This document shows, one piece after another, positions 21,641 to 31,194 of a DNA stretch of 60,732 bases (within the stretch, counting starts at the first letter, position 1; every line of letters starts with the position of its first letter). Source of the DNA: an uncultured Lachnospiraceae bacterium. GTDB taxonomy: Bacteria; Bacillota; Clostridia; TANB77; CAG-508. The position numbers and the translations under genes are program-made. Below the pieces are notes generated by a model that was given only the letters and a program-made list of their open reading frames with translations, did not search any database and had not been told where the DNA came from. The stretch covers positions 1-60,732 of the forward strand of contig CAYVYP010000002.1 in assembly GCA_964455975.1 (NCBI GenBank), in the 5' to 3' direction.

Positions 21641-22387
21641 ATGCAAAGAGATTTAAAATTAAATAATTCATTGATAGGAAAAATTTTATTAATATCTGAT
21701 TATGATCAAACTTTCTATTTGAATGATGATGATATAAAAACGAATATAAGATCTGTGGAAAAATTTAAAAATGATGGTAATATTTTTGTTATTGCAACAG
21801 GAAGAAGTTATCAAGATTTAAAAAATAAGGTGATTGAATATAATTTTTGTTATGATTATGCAATTATAAATCATGGAGCCACTATTATAGATAAAAATGA
21901 TAATATATTGGAGTATCACTCAATAGAAAATGAAATTGTAAAAAATATAATTAATGATTTAGACTTAAATTTAGCAGCAAAATATTTTTTTTGTAATTTA
22001 AAAAATAGCAGATGTGATATTTCTGATGGGAATTTAACAAAAATAAATGTTAAATATCATTCAAAAGAAAAGGCGTTTGAGATGGTGAATAAGGTATTAA
22101 GTAAATATAAGAAATATGTGAACTGCTTTTATGTTACATATAATTCAATTGAAATAATATCAAATAAAACAAATAAATCACTAGCAATTAACAAAATTGT
22201 TGAATTAGAAAAAATAATTAGCACTTATACCATCGGCGATGGATATAGTGATATTGAAATGGTTAAGAAATTTAATGGTTATTGTATGAAAAATTCTGTT
22301 GATGAATTGCTAAGTATTTGTAATAAAAATGTTGTTAACAGTGTATCAGAATTAATAGATAAATTAATATATGGAGTATCGATATGA
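21641..22387 (+). CDS. Cof-type HAD-IIB phosphatase
   Basis: ISDYDQTF (DxD nucleophile motif), TGRS and GDGYSDIEM motifs. Confidence 0.7.
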   Translation: MQRDLKLNNSLIGKILLISDYDQTFYLNDDDIKTNIRSVEKFKNDGNIFVIATGRSYQDLKNKVIEYNFCYDYAIINHGATIIDKNDNILEYHSIENEIVKNIINDLDLNLAAKYFFCNLKNSRCDISDGNLTKINVKYHSKEKAFEMVNKVLSKYKKYVNCFYVTYNSIEIISNKTNKSLAINKIVELEKIISTYTIGDGYSDIEMVKKFNGYCMKNSVDELLSICNKNVVNSVSELIDKLIYGVSI

Positions 22388-23574
22388 AAAATTTAAAATC
22401 AGAAGAAAATATAATAATAACAATAAATGCAATAAAAAAAGTAATGGTTTTATTTTTAGGTCCTTTCTTAACTGCTTATTTTATTAAAACATCTAAAGAG
22501 AGTATAATTGATTTGTCTTCGTATTACATATTTTCATATATAATGCTTGCTATTTGTAGTTTTATTGTTGCAAGTATTATTAAAAGAAAGTTTAGAATTG
22601 GAATGTTTAGAGTTGGCGTTATACTTAATTTCTTTTATGTAATGCTCATTATAATTCTTAAAGAAAAAATAATTAATTATTTACCTATATTATCAATTGT
22701 TTATGGAATTTCTTCTAGTACTTATTGGTTTTCTTATAATTTATTTGTCATTAATAAAATTGATAACAATAATAGGACGGAATTCACAGTCAAATCAAAG
22801 ATTATTTCTTCTATAATAGGAATTTTATGCCCTATATTATTAGGTTCTATTATAACTATAACTGATTACGAGCTTACTGCAATAATTATTTTAGTTATTT
22901 CATTTATACAAATTATTTTATCTTTTTTACTTAATCCAGAAAATAATAATAGTTTAAGTAAATTTAATTTGTTAAAAACTTTAAAAATTATTAAAAATAA
23001 TAAGCAAATCAGAAAAATATCAATAGTTGAATTTTTTATTGGCATGAATGTGAGTGATGGGGCATTAGAAATATTAATCACTATTTTAATTTTTAATTCA
23101 TTTAAGACTAATATGAATTTAGGAATAATAACTACTATTGCTACTATATTATCTATGATTTTTGTAAAACTATACGGAAAAATATATAAAAATAGAAATG
23201 ATAAAAATATAATAATTATTTCAGGTATAATTCCAGTTATTTCAGTTTTAATATTAATGTTATGTAAGAATAGTTTTACAATTATTACTTATAATTTTTG
23301 TTATGTTATATTTACATCAATACTTACTTTAGCAAGAGAGATAAGATTATTTAATATATCAGATAGTTCTATTATTGATAAAGACAATCAATGTGAATTT
23401 TTTTCTTTAAGGGAATGTATATTAAATTTAGGAAGAATATTTGGATATATACTATTGCTAATTGCAGGTTTATCTATGAATCAGTATATACTTAATATAA
23501 CAATGCTCCTTTTAACATCGTCAATACTAATAACAGCTTTTAATGTAAAAGATATTAAAAAATATGAAAACTAA
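22384..23574 (+). CDS. multi-pass membrane transporter (MFS-like)
   Basis: 396-aa ORF with about 12 hydrophobic segments. It overlaps the HAD gene stop by 4 nt, suggesting translational coupling. Confidence 0.5.
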   Translation: MKNLKSEENIIITINAIKKVMVLFLGPFLTAYFIKTSKESIIDLSSYYIFSYIMLAICSFIVASIIKRKFRIGMFRVGVILNFFYVMLIIILKEKIINYLPILSIVYGISSSTYWFSYNLFVINKIDNNNRTEFTVKSKIISSIIGILCPILLGSIITITDYELTAIIILVISFIQIILSFLLNPENNNSLSKFNLLKTLKIIKNNKQIRKISIVEFFIGMNVSDGALEILITILIFNSFKTNMNLGIITTIATILSMIFVKLYGKIYKNRNDKNIIIISGIIPVISVLILMLCKNSFTIITYNFCYVIFTSILTLAREIRLFNISDSSIIDKDNQCEFFSLRECILNLGRIFGYILLLIAGLSMNQYILNITMLLLTSSILITAFNVKDIKKYEN

Positions 23575-24098
23575 ATTTTATAAGATAAAGACAATGCTTA
23601 GTTGGCATTGTCTTTATCTATCTTATCAAAAATTAAATAGTATTCTTTTATATTTATTATTAAGTATTAATTATTTAAAAATCTTATTATAATTGAATTC
23701 GTGAGTCATATTTTTTTGCTTTCTTATCTAACATTTTTTTCATCGCTATTTAAATATAAACATTTAATTTTATATCTTTTTTCTAATTTTTATCATTCTT
23801 TCTTTTTTTGTTAATTATTTGTATAAAAAAATCAACATATTTCAGTTGATTTCTAACAAACGTCACATTGGTGAGACGATTATATCTTTTGGAGCGGTTT
23901 ACGTACAAGTTACGAACTTTATTCTCTTTCTAAAATATGAAATAATTATACATAATGTACTATAAAAATGCAATAAAAAATTGTATTTTTCACAAATTAT
24001 TCTATTCATGGTTACAGTTCACAGCTTAAAATTATAGCTATTCAAAAAATTAATTAATATAATTAAAATGTTGATTCTTGAGTATAAATTTATTTTAA

Positions 24099-25148
24099 TT
24101 AAAAATCAAAATCTAAATATGCATATTTTTTGGGTTTGAATTTTAAGTAATTATCTATTCTTTCTTTAGCGAAATCAGAAATGGAATTTATTCTTTTACA
24201 AGATTTATCATATACAACCAATGGAATTATATATCTTCTTTTAGCAGTTATACTAACACAATATTTATCATGAACAGGTGAATCACTTTCATGTATTTCT
24301 GTTGAATTTCTAAAAAGTTTGAAACAATTTGAAATTTTTTCATCAGTACAATTTTCTATTTTATTTATTACTTCTTTTTCAGATAAGGTATATAAATCCT
24401 TTTTCGTTAAAAGATTATTTTCCGACATTTTCTTTACAGTATCTGCTAAAAATTGCATTGCCAATTTATCTTCATTAGATACCCACAATGGCCATAATTG
24501 ACTTGCACCATCTATAAATTTTTCTGCTATATTTTTATCTTTAAAGCATAATTCTTCTATACCTTCTTCGTTTTTCTGTATTTCAATATTTAAGTAAATT
24601 TCTTTAATTTTTTGTACATCCCAAACTTCTTTAAAATATAATCCATTAGTGAAAGTATATTCTAATCTATCTGCTGATAATTTTGGAGTATCATTATCTG
24701 CTATTGGATATATATGATAATCGTCTACTTCATCCACTTTTATATTATCTCTTTCTAGCAATTTCATTATTTCTTTTGAATTTTTTATCATATATGTTGT
24801 TAATTCTTCAGTAGATTCCTGTGTTTCATGATCTCCATTCATAAAATCAATGCAGTGTTTGAATACAGGTGTACTAATATCATGAAAAAGTCCTGCAATC
24901 GTTTGCTTTTTGTCTTTTGTAAAGTTCCAAATAATTAATGCAACTCCTATACTATGGTCTAAGTTTGAGTAAAAAAATTTATTATTAAATATTTTAGTAT
25001 AGTCTGTTCCACAAGCACAACCAATTTTTCCTATTCTTTGCATTTCATGAGTATTTATATAGTCATATAAAAAATCTGGTATTTCATCTGACAATATTTT
25101 AAAATACTCTTTCACAGTTTCATTTAATTCCTCAAAATATTCATTCAT
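24099..25148 (-). CDS. HD-domain phosphohydrolase
   Basis: HSIGVA ... GLFHDISTPVFKH metal-binding HD signature. 349 aa. Confidence 0.65.
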   Translation of the reverse strand: MNEYFEELNETVKEYFKILSDEIPDFLYDYINTHEMQRIGKIGCACGTDYTKIFNNKFFYSNLDHSIGVALIIWNFTKDKKQTIAGLFHDISTPVFKHCIDFMNGDHETQESTEELTTYMIKNSKEIMKLLERDNIKVDEVDDYHIYPIADNDTPKLSADRLEYTFTNGLYFKEVWDVQKIKEIYLNIEIQKNEEGIEELCFKDKNIAEKFIDGASQLWPLWVSNEDKLAMQFLADTVKKMSENNLLTKKDLYTLSEKEVINKIENCTDEKISNCFKLFRNSTEIHESDSPVHDKYCVSITAKRRYIIPLVVYDKSCKRINSISDFAKERIDNYLKFKPKKYAYLDFDF

Positions 25149-25174
25149 TATATTTTCTCCATTTCTAGTTTAAT

Positions 25175-25702
25175 TTAAAAAGTAGTTTTAAAAATTTCAG
25201 CAGGTTTCATATCTCCACAATCACAAATGGATTGAAACGCCATTTTATGAGCAACTACAATTACTGTATCATATTTTTCTTTATATTTATCAATGATAGA
25301 CATAACTCTATTTTTTAATTCTTCTTTTGTTTCCCACTTTCTTTTTTGATTAGTAGGATAAACTCCATTATTTTCAATATAATCTTTATAATACTCTTTC
25401 ATTTCATCGCTATTTTTGTATTGATATGTAAGGTCTGGCTGCCATTCTCTTATATCTGGTTCGACCACAATTTCAAGTCCTGTTTCTTTGGATATTATGC
25501 TAGCTGTTTGCAAGGCTCTCGTATATGGTGAAGCTATAATAATTTGTGCATTTTTTAATCTAGTATCTTTTGATGTTTCTATAACATCTTTTATCCTATC
25601 TTGTTTTAATGGTGCAAAATCATGTCCTTGTCCTATAAATCCGTGAATATCTCCATATGTATAATCTGGTTTACCATGTCTAATTAAATAAAATGTTGCC
25701 AT
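25175..25702 (-). CDS. histidine phosphatase (PGM/SixA superfamily)
   Basis: ORF trimmed to MATFYLIRHGKPD behind GGAGG. It has the RHG catalytic motif at the N-terminus and a later VVAH motif. Confidence 0.75.
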   Translation of the reverse strand: MATFYLIRHGKPDYTYGDIHGFIGQGHDFAPLKQDRIKDVIETSKDTRLKNAQIIIASPYTRALQTASIISKETGLEIVVEPDIREWQPDLTYQYKNSDEMKEYYKDYIENNGVYPTNQKRKWETKEELKNRVMSIIDKYKEKYDTVIVVAHKMAFQSICDCGDMKPAEIFKTTF

Positions 25703-25773
25703 ATTCATTCCTCCAATTAATATAATTAATTTTTTCATATTATATTATATCTATATATTTTTTTCAATGTTAT

Positions 25774-26398
25774 TTACAAATCTCTATCATTTAATTCTTG
25801 AACATTTAGAATTTTTGCAATAATTTCACTTACATACATTTTATCTTTCTCATCAGTGGATATCCTCCTACTATTAGGTATCTTTCTTGATATTATTTCA
25901 TAAAATTCGTTTTGATAATCTGTAAAAGCACTATTAATCCATGACTTTGATAATTCTTTTTCTCTTGTTTTGTTTCTTTGCATTATACTATCATTATTAG
26001 TATATAAAAATATGTATTCATCTGGTTGCAATAATGTACTGTCATTAAACAATTTTTCATATTGACCGCATTGCATGTTTAAATGTCAGATATTTACCTA
26101 ATTTTTCAAATGCATAGCTAATTGCTACTGTAGATAATGCACATCTATCTAAAACAATATTTTTTCCTTCTAAAGCAAGTTCAGTTGCTTTCTTCATTCT
26201 TCGCCTCTCTACTTCAAAAAAGAACAACTGATTTTGTATTTCTTGTTCATAATTTTTAGATGGCCTAGGAGGATTTTTTTCATATACCATGCATTCATCA
26301 ATTACTATGCAATTAAGATAATTTTTCATATTTTGGCATGTTGTTGTTTTACCAGAATTAGAAGGTCCTTCTACTACAATTATTTTTCCTCTATTCAT
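25774..26398 (-). CDS. P-loop kinase-like ATPase (needs +1 at CGGT, extra base at 26068)
   Basis: Fragments 26057..26398 (IVVEGPSNSGKTT Walker A) and 25774..26076. Skipping the C joins ..TFKHAMGQYEKLFNDSTLL... Length is 3n+1. The architecture resembles nucleoside/nucleotide kinases, but the substrate is unknown. Confidence 0.55.
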
Positions 26399-26406
26399 AT
26401 TTATTC

Positions 26407-27831
26407 CTACCTTACTGTTTTATATTTTTCTTTCTTTCGTGATATTAAAGCGTATATTGGTCCTATATTAGAAATAGAAGTTGCTAGTATTGTATTGCAC
26501 AAAATTTTTATTTTATTTTTAAAAGCTATTTCTGTTAAATTTTCAATTAACTTGATAGTACTTCCATACTCTAATAAAATCATTCCTATATATGATAATA
26601 CAGATAGCAAAAGCATTATAATATTTTCATTTAATAGGGATACTACAAGTGTATATAAAAATGCCAATGGTAAACCAAACCATGTTATATTCATTCTTAT
26701 TCTTTGAATTAACCAACCTATGCTATTTGAATTAACCTTTTTATTTTGCTTAAAAACATCTTTAAATATTTTCAAACAATCAAATGATGTTTTAAACCAT
26801 ACAGCATTTTGTTTTGTTAGTATAGATAAATACTGTGGTGATTGCATAATTTCTAGTGTTCTTATAGGATAAATAGATATATCTTTATTTCTTAATACAT
26901 AGCTCATATATATATCTTCACACCAATATTTTGTTTCAAATCCACCCATTTTTTTTAATATATCAACTCTAATATACATTCCATGTCCAACTACATATGT
27001 GTACAGTAATTTGTGTGGAAAATATGAATTTATCAATCCATACCTAAGTTCAAAATTTGATTGATATATGGCAAATCCTTTCATTAAATCAGATAATTTA
27101 TTCCAATTACTTATTGGAACGGAATATTGTTGTATAACTTTAGGAAATTTATTGCTATTTATGGAGTCAAAAATTTCTTTAATAGTATCTTTATTCGGGA
27201 TACTATCTGCATTATAAACTGAAAAGTAATAATTTTTCTCATCTCTAAATTCAAAATTATTCAATACATAATTAAGTTGATCTGCCATTATTCCTTCACT
27301 ATTTGGATAATGAAAATGATATATCTTTTCTTCCAAATGATTTTGAACTATAAAATTATTCACCAAATTATTAGTAGTTTTAGAATTTTCAATCTTATCC
27401 TTTGCAATCTCTCCTATTTTTTCTGATTTACTGTACTTTAAAATTTCTTTAATTTCATTTGTTGATAATATTTTATTATATTTGTTAATTAGTTTTTGTA
27501 ACTCTGTATTGTTTTTGATATCCTTTATAAACTGTTCTTTTAAATACAAATTTTTTTCTTTTTCAAAATCTTCTTTTTGTGTTGTTACTACTAAGACTTT
27601 GACATTCTCTAAATTATCAGTTAATTCTAAAAAATGATTTAATGTTTGAATAATAATATCTTGTTCTCTTAGACATGGAATAACAATAAGAATATTGGTT
27701 TTCTTAGCAATTGCTTTTAATTTATTTTCTCTTTTTTTATTTTGATTATAAATGTATTTAAATGTTCTATAAAAGCACCAAATTCCAGTAAAAACTTCTA
27801 AAATTAAAATTATATAATATGCTACTATACT
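26407..27831 (-). CDS. membrane-embedded family-2 glycosyltransferase (processive synthase-like)
   Basis: ORF trimmed to MSIVAYY behind GGAGG. It has an N-terminal TM helix, a GT-A core (VIPCLREQ, YNADSIP, CEDIYMS), a QRIRM motif resembling Q-x-x-R-W, and C-terminal TM helices. Confidence 0.65.
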   Translation of the reverse strand, partial: SIVAYYIILILEVFTGIWCFYRTFKYIYNQNKKRENKLKAIAKKTNILIVIPCLREQDIIIQTLNHFLELTDNLENVKVLVVTTQKEDFEKEKNLYLKEQFIKDIKNNTELQKLINKYNKILSTNEIKEILKYSKSEKIGEIAKDKIENSKTTNNLVNNFIVQNHLEEKIYHFHYPNSEGIMADQLNYVLNNFEFRDEKNYYFSVYNADSIPNKDTIKEIFDSINSNKFPKVIQQYSVPISNWNKLSDLMKGFAIYQSNFELRYGLINSYFPHKLLYTYVVGHGMYIRVDILKKMGGFETKYWCEDIYMSYVLRNKDISIYPIRTLEIMQSPQYLSILTKQNAVWFKTSFDCLKIFKDVFKQNKKVNSNSIGWLIQRIRMNITWFGLPLAFLYTLVVSLLNENIIMLLLSVLSYIGMILLEYGSTIKLIENLTEIAFKNKIKILCNTILATSISNIGPIYALISRKKEKYKTVR

Positions 27832-27892
27832 CATTCTTTTCCTCCATCTGCAAAAATGAAGATATAACATTAAGTTAAATCTTCATCATTAG

Positions 27893-28546
27893 TTATTTTT
27901 GTTTTAATATTTTTTTAGATATATTTTTTATTTTCTCAACATATTTATAAGGCATTCCTCTTTGTAAAAAAAACATTTCATCATATTTTCCATCTAGTAA
28001 GTCAAACACACAATATTGTACTCTTAAATCAAAATATAAAGAAATTGCAATTCTATGAGCTCCGTCAATAGGAATTCCTGTTGTACTAATTGGAATTATA
28101 GTTTTATCTAAATTATTACAAGATTTGATGTTATCAATAAGATAATTAAAAATTCTTATAAAATCATTTGAACTATTCTTCCTACCATCAGGTTCATAAA
28201 AATTATTAAATGCTTTTATATGTGATAAATATATCTTTGTGGCTTCATTCAAATTATAGTTTTCAATATATGATTTAACATAGTAGTATTTTACAAATAT
28301 GTCAAATCTATATTTAGATAATAAATTAATAGGATTAGTTTTATATACAGCAATTTTATCTCTATGAGATAGAATATTATATATATATTCATTATCTAGC
28401 AATTTTTTTAACTGATTTTGTGAAATGTTTTTTACTTTTTGACTATCTAGAATTGGTGATTCGTTTAAAGAAGAAATGATTTTATTTTTATTATTATAAA
28501 ATTTTCCAAATTCTATTTTTCCCATTCCATCAATTATTTTCTCCAT
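27893..28546 (-). CDS. hypothetical protein with a ParB/Srx-like DGxHR motif
   Basis: 217-aa ORF. The only recognisable element is ..GIPIDGAHRIAISL.., and the assignment is weak. Confidence 0.3.
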   Translation of the reverse strand: MEKIIDGMGKIEFGKFYNNKNKIISSLNESPILDSQKVKNISQNQLKKLLDNEYIYNILSHRDKIAVYKTNPINLLSKYRFDIFVKYYYVKSYIENYNLNEATKIYLSHIKAFNNFYEPDGRKNSSNDFIRIFNYLIDNIKSCNNLDKTIIPISTTGIPIDGAHRIAISLYFDLRVQYCVFDLLDGKYDEMFFLQRGMPYKYVEKIKNISKKILKQK

Positions 28547-28915
28547 ATTTCGTTCCTTTTGTATATGATTTTATCACATAGAAATCAATTTTTCAATATC
28601 TTTGTAAAATTTTTCCAATATTTTAGATTTTTTTGTTACATTTTATACTATTAAACAAATACAATGCTACTTTATTTTGTTCAGATGAATCCATTTCCAT
28701 AATTTTAGAACAAGCAAATATGATGTATGGATAATTTGCAAAGTTAACGATAGTTGTTTTGTATTCTATATTTTTTTGGGGTATGGGGTCTAAACTCATC
28801 TTTGAATTTGTGCGGGAGTATAAATTCATTGCTTGCTAGGACATAAATTTGTTATTTGTTATTTTTAGCTTATTTTATGCTACTATTTTTTTATAAAAAT
28901 TTTATCATAACTTCA

Positions 28916-30697
28916 TCAAATTTCTACTACATTTTTCGATATTAGTGTTAAGTTATCTGTTATATTTCCATTCTCAATATAAGGACAATTTATAATGCCA
29001 TCTGTATTAAAATGTGCTTTTATTAACTCCATATATATTGCTAAATCTTCTTTGTCATATTCTCCATTTTCGATTTTTATATTAGAAAATACAAAATAAT
29101 CTTCTTTCAATTTTTTTAATTGTTCTTCATTAATTGCCTCTTTATAAATAAAGCCTATATTATTATTTTGTAAAATTTCATACAAATATTCTATATAATC
29201 TTTACTACTTTTTGACATAAATTCTTCTGTAAAATTAACATTTGTTATTTCAATATTGTAGCTTTTATCTCTCTTTATTTCTATACTTTCAATCAATTTT
29301 TTTATCAATTCTTTCTTTGATTTTCTATTTAAACTATTAAAAATAAATGTAAAGCCTAGTCTGTTTTTAAAAACAACTTCATTATCTTCAATATTACAAT
29401 CTAACTTTTTTAATAATTCTACTGTGTATTCTTTAAAGTCATTGTTTGGATCAATTTCTCGTTTTTTATTATTCAAATTTTCTATTTCTTTCTTGATAAC
29501 ATCATTTTTATGGTTAATAGTTTCAACATTTAAGCTAGAACTCAGATATAAATCTACTAATTTTTTCTCTTGCATTTTCAGTTTTTCAATAGCTTTCTCT
29601 ATGTCTTTAATATCTTTTGTTTTAATAGAATTGCATATTATAATTTCACTATTCATTTCATACATATATCTTGTTAATTCATTTAAAACTCTTGATAACT
29701 TTTCTTCAATTTTATCCGAATTATAATGTAATCCTTGTAATTTGCAATTAGGATTTTTACAAGTTACATGATAATAGATTTTTTCCTTTTCTGTACCGCT
29801 ATTCTTATATGAATTAGTAGAAGACATTATTTTTCCGCAACTAGGACATTTGATTATTCCTGTAAATAGATGTATATGTTCTCCATAATTAGGATGCTTG
29901 TTTTTCTCTAGTATTTTTCTTGTAATGCACCAAGTATTTTCATCAATTATAGGCTCGCAATAATCTTTTACATATAAAACATCCTGTGCTTTTCTTTTAG
30001 TTTTTCCATAAGCGAAAAGTCCTATATAAATTGAATTTATTAGAATTTTATACACTTTATCGCTATTCCATTTACCTTGTTTTATATATGATTTTTCCTC
30101 ATTTAATATATTTGCAATATTTCTTATTGAACTATTTTCTTTATATAACTCAAATATTTTCTTTACAACTTGTGACTCAATTGGTTCTACTTCTAAATGA
30201 CCTGTTTCAACATTTCTAGTATATCCATAAGGTGCTTTAGCTGGATGAACTTTCTCTAATGCCATTTCTTCCATAGCTCTTTTGGTTCTTGCTCCAATTT
30301 CTTTTCTTTCTCTTTGCCCGAATACCAAGTTCATTCCAAATATCATTTCTCCATTTGCAGTAGATACATCATAAGGCTCTAATATTAGTTCTATTTTAAC
30401 ATCATGTTCTTCACAATAATTTAAAAGCCAAAATCCGTCATAATTATTTCTAGTTAATCTATCTACCTTAATTGCTATTATTTTTTCAATTCTGTGCGAT
30501 TTAATGTCTTTTAATAACCTTTGCATATCTGGTCGCATTAGGTCTTTTCCAGAATGTCCTGCATCATTATATACATCTACAATATCATATTGATTTTTAT
30601 CACAGTATTCTTTTATCATTCGTAATTGTGAATCAATAGAATATCCATTATCTCTTTGTTCATCTGTTGATACTCTTACATAAATTCCACATCTCAT
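28916..30697 (-). CDS. large serine recombinase
   Basis: Resolvase catalytic N-terminus MRCGIYVRVSTDEQ, recombinase domain, zinc ribbon (CPSCGK...C..C) and a coiled-coil C-terminal half. 593 aa. Confidence 0.9.
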   Translation of the reverse strand: MRCGIYVRVSTDEQRDNGYSIDSQLRMIKEYCDKNQYDIVDVYNDAGHSGKDLMRPDMQRLLKDIKSHRIEKIIAIKVDRLTRNNYDGFWLLNYCEEHDVKIELILEPYDVSTANGEMIFGMNLVFGQRERKEIGARTKRAMEEMALEKVHPAKAPYGYTRNVETGHLEVEPIESQVVKKIFELYKENSSIRNIANILNEEKSYIKQGKWNSDKVYKILINSIYIGLFAYGKTKRKAQDVLYVKDYCEPIIDENTWCITRKILEKNKHPNYGEHIHLFTGIIKCPSCGKIMSSTNSYKNSGTEKEKIYYHVTCKNPNCKLQGLHYNSDKIEEKLSRVLNELTRYMYEMNSEIIICNSIKTKDIKDIEKAIEKLKMQEKKLVDLYLSSSLNVETINHKNDVIKKEIENLNNKKREIDPNNDFKEYTVELLKKLDCNIEDNEVVFKNRLGFTFIFNSLNRKSKKELIKKLIESIEIKRDKSYNIEITNVNFTEEFMSKSSKDYIEYLYEILQNNNIGFIYKEAINEEQLKKLKEDYFVFSNIKIENGEYDKEDLAIYMELIKAHFNTDGIINCPYIENGNITDNLTLISKNVVEI

Positions 30698-30806
30698 GCA
30701 ATTACCTCCTTCATTTAATTACTCAAAAAGTAGTTTTCTGACATTTTTGTTTTAGAAAGAAATTTTTTCCCTCATTCTTTGAAAGGATTTTTTCGAGGTA
30801 TTGTAT

Positions 30807-31094
30807 TTAAAATTTATTTAATTTTATGAGAATTTGCTTAATTTCTTTTAAATTGTACTTTTGATTGTATTCTTTAATGTAAAAATTTTTGTTACTTATT
30901 TCGTTTACTTTGTATTCTAGTATTGTAAGAAAAATTGGATATGTAATTAAATATTCAGTTGGTTCAATAAATTGCAGATTCGTTCTTATCAAATGTTTTA
31001 CTTTGCCATTTTTAATTGTAAATGTATAGTTTTTTATGATTTCAAGTATTTCAGTATTTGGTGTTAAAGTATCTATTATTTCAAACTCAAACAT
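30807..31094 (-). CDS. hypothetical 95-aa protein
   Basis: ORF 30807..31241 trimmed to MFEFEII behind AAGGAAAGGAGGG. The longer N-terminus in the track overlaps a tRNA gene and its terminator. Confidence 0.4.
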   Translation of the reverse strand: MFEFEIIDTLTPNTEILEIIKNYTFTIKNGKVKHLIRTNLQFIEPTEYLITYPIFLTILEYKVNEISNKNFYIKEYNQKYNLKEIKQILIKLNKF

Positions 31095-31152
31095 AAAAAA
31101 TGCCCTCCTTTCCTTTGAAAAGAGAACATTTTTTGTTTTTATGCAAAATAAA

Positions 31153-31188
31153 AACAACTTACAAAACTTTATTAGTTCGTAAGTTGTT
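31153..31188 (-). terminator. terminator downstream of the variant tRNA-Gly
   Basis: Stem aacaacttac / gtaagttgtt, followed on the minus strand by a T run. Confidence 0.6.
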
Positions 31189-31194
31189 ATAATA

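Larger units (their letters stand above)
21441..31188. mobile_element. putative integrated island bounded by a 39-nt imperfect direct repeat, with a large serine recombinase at the tRNA-proximal end
   Basis: aaaaacaactt..gtaag.tgtt at 21441..21479 matches 31150..31188 at 34 of 39 positions. There are tRNA-Gly 3'-end-like remnants at 21486..21516 and 23890..23917. The recombinase gene is 28916..30697. Confidence 0.4.

Noticed and set aside
28623-28829. The 68-aa ORF between the island cargo and the recombinase gene.
   Set aside because: It has no convincing RBS, no recognisable motif, and lies in a spacer with promoter-like sequence. It is left unannotated.
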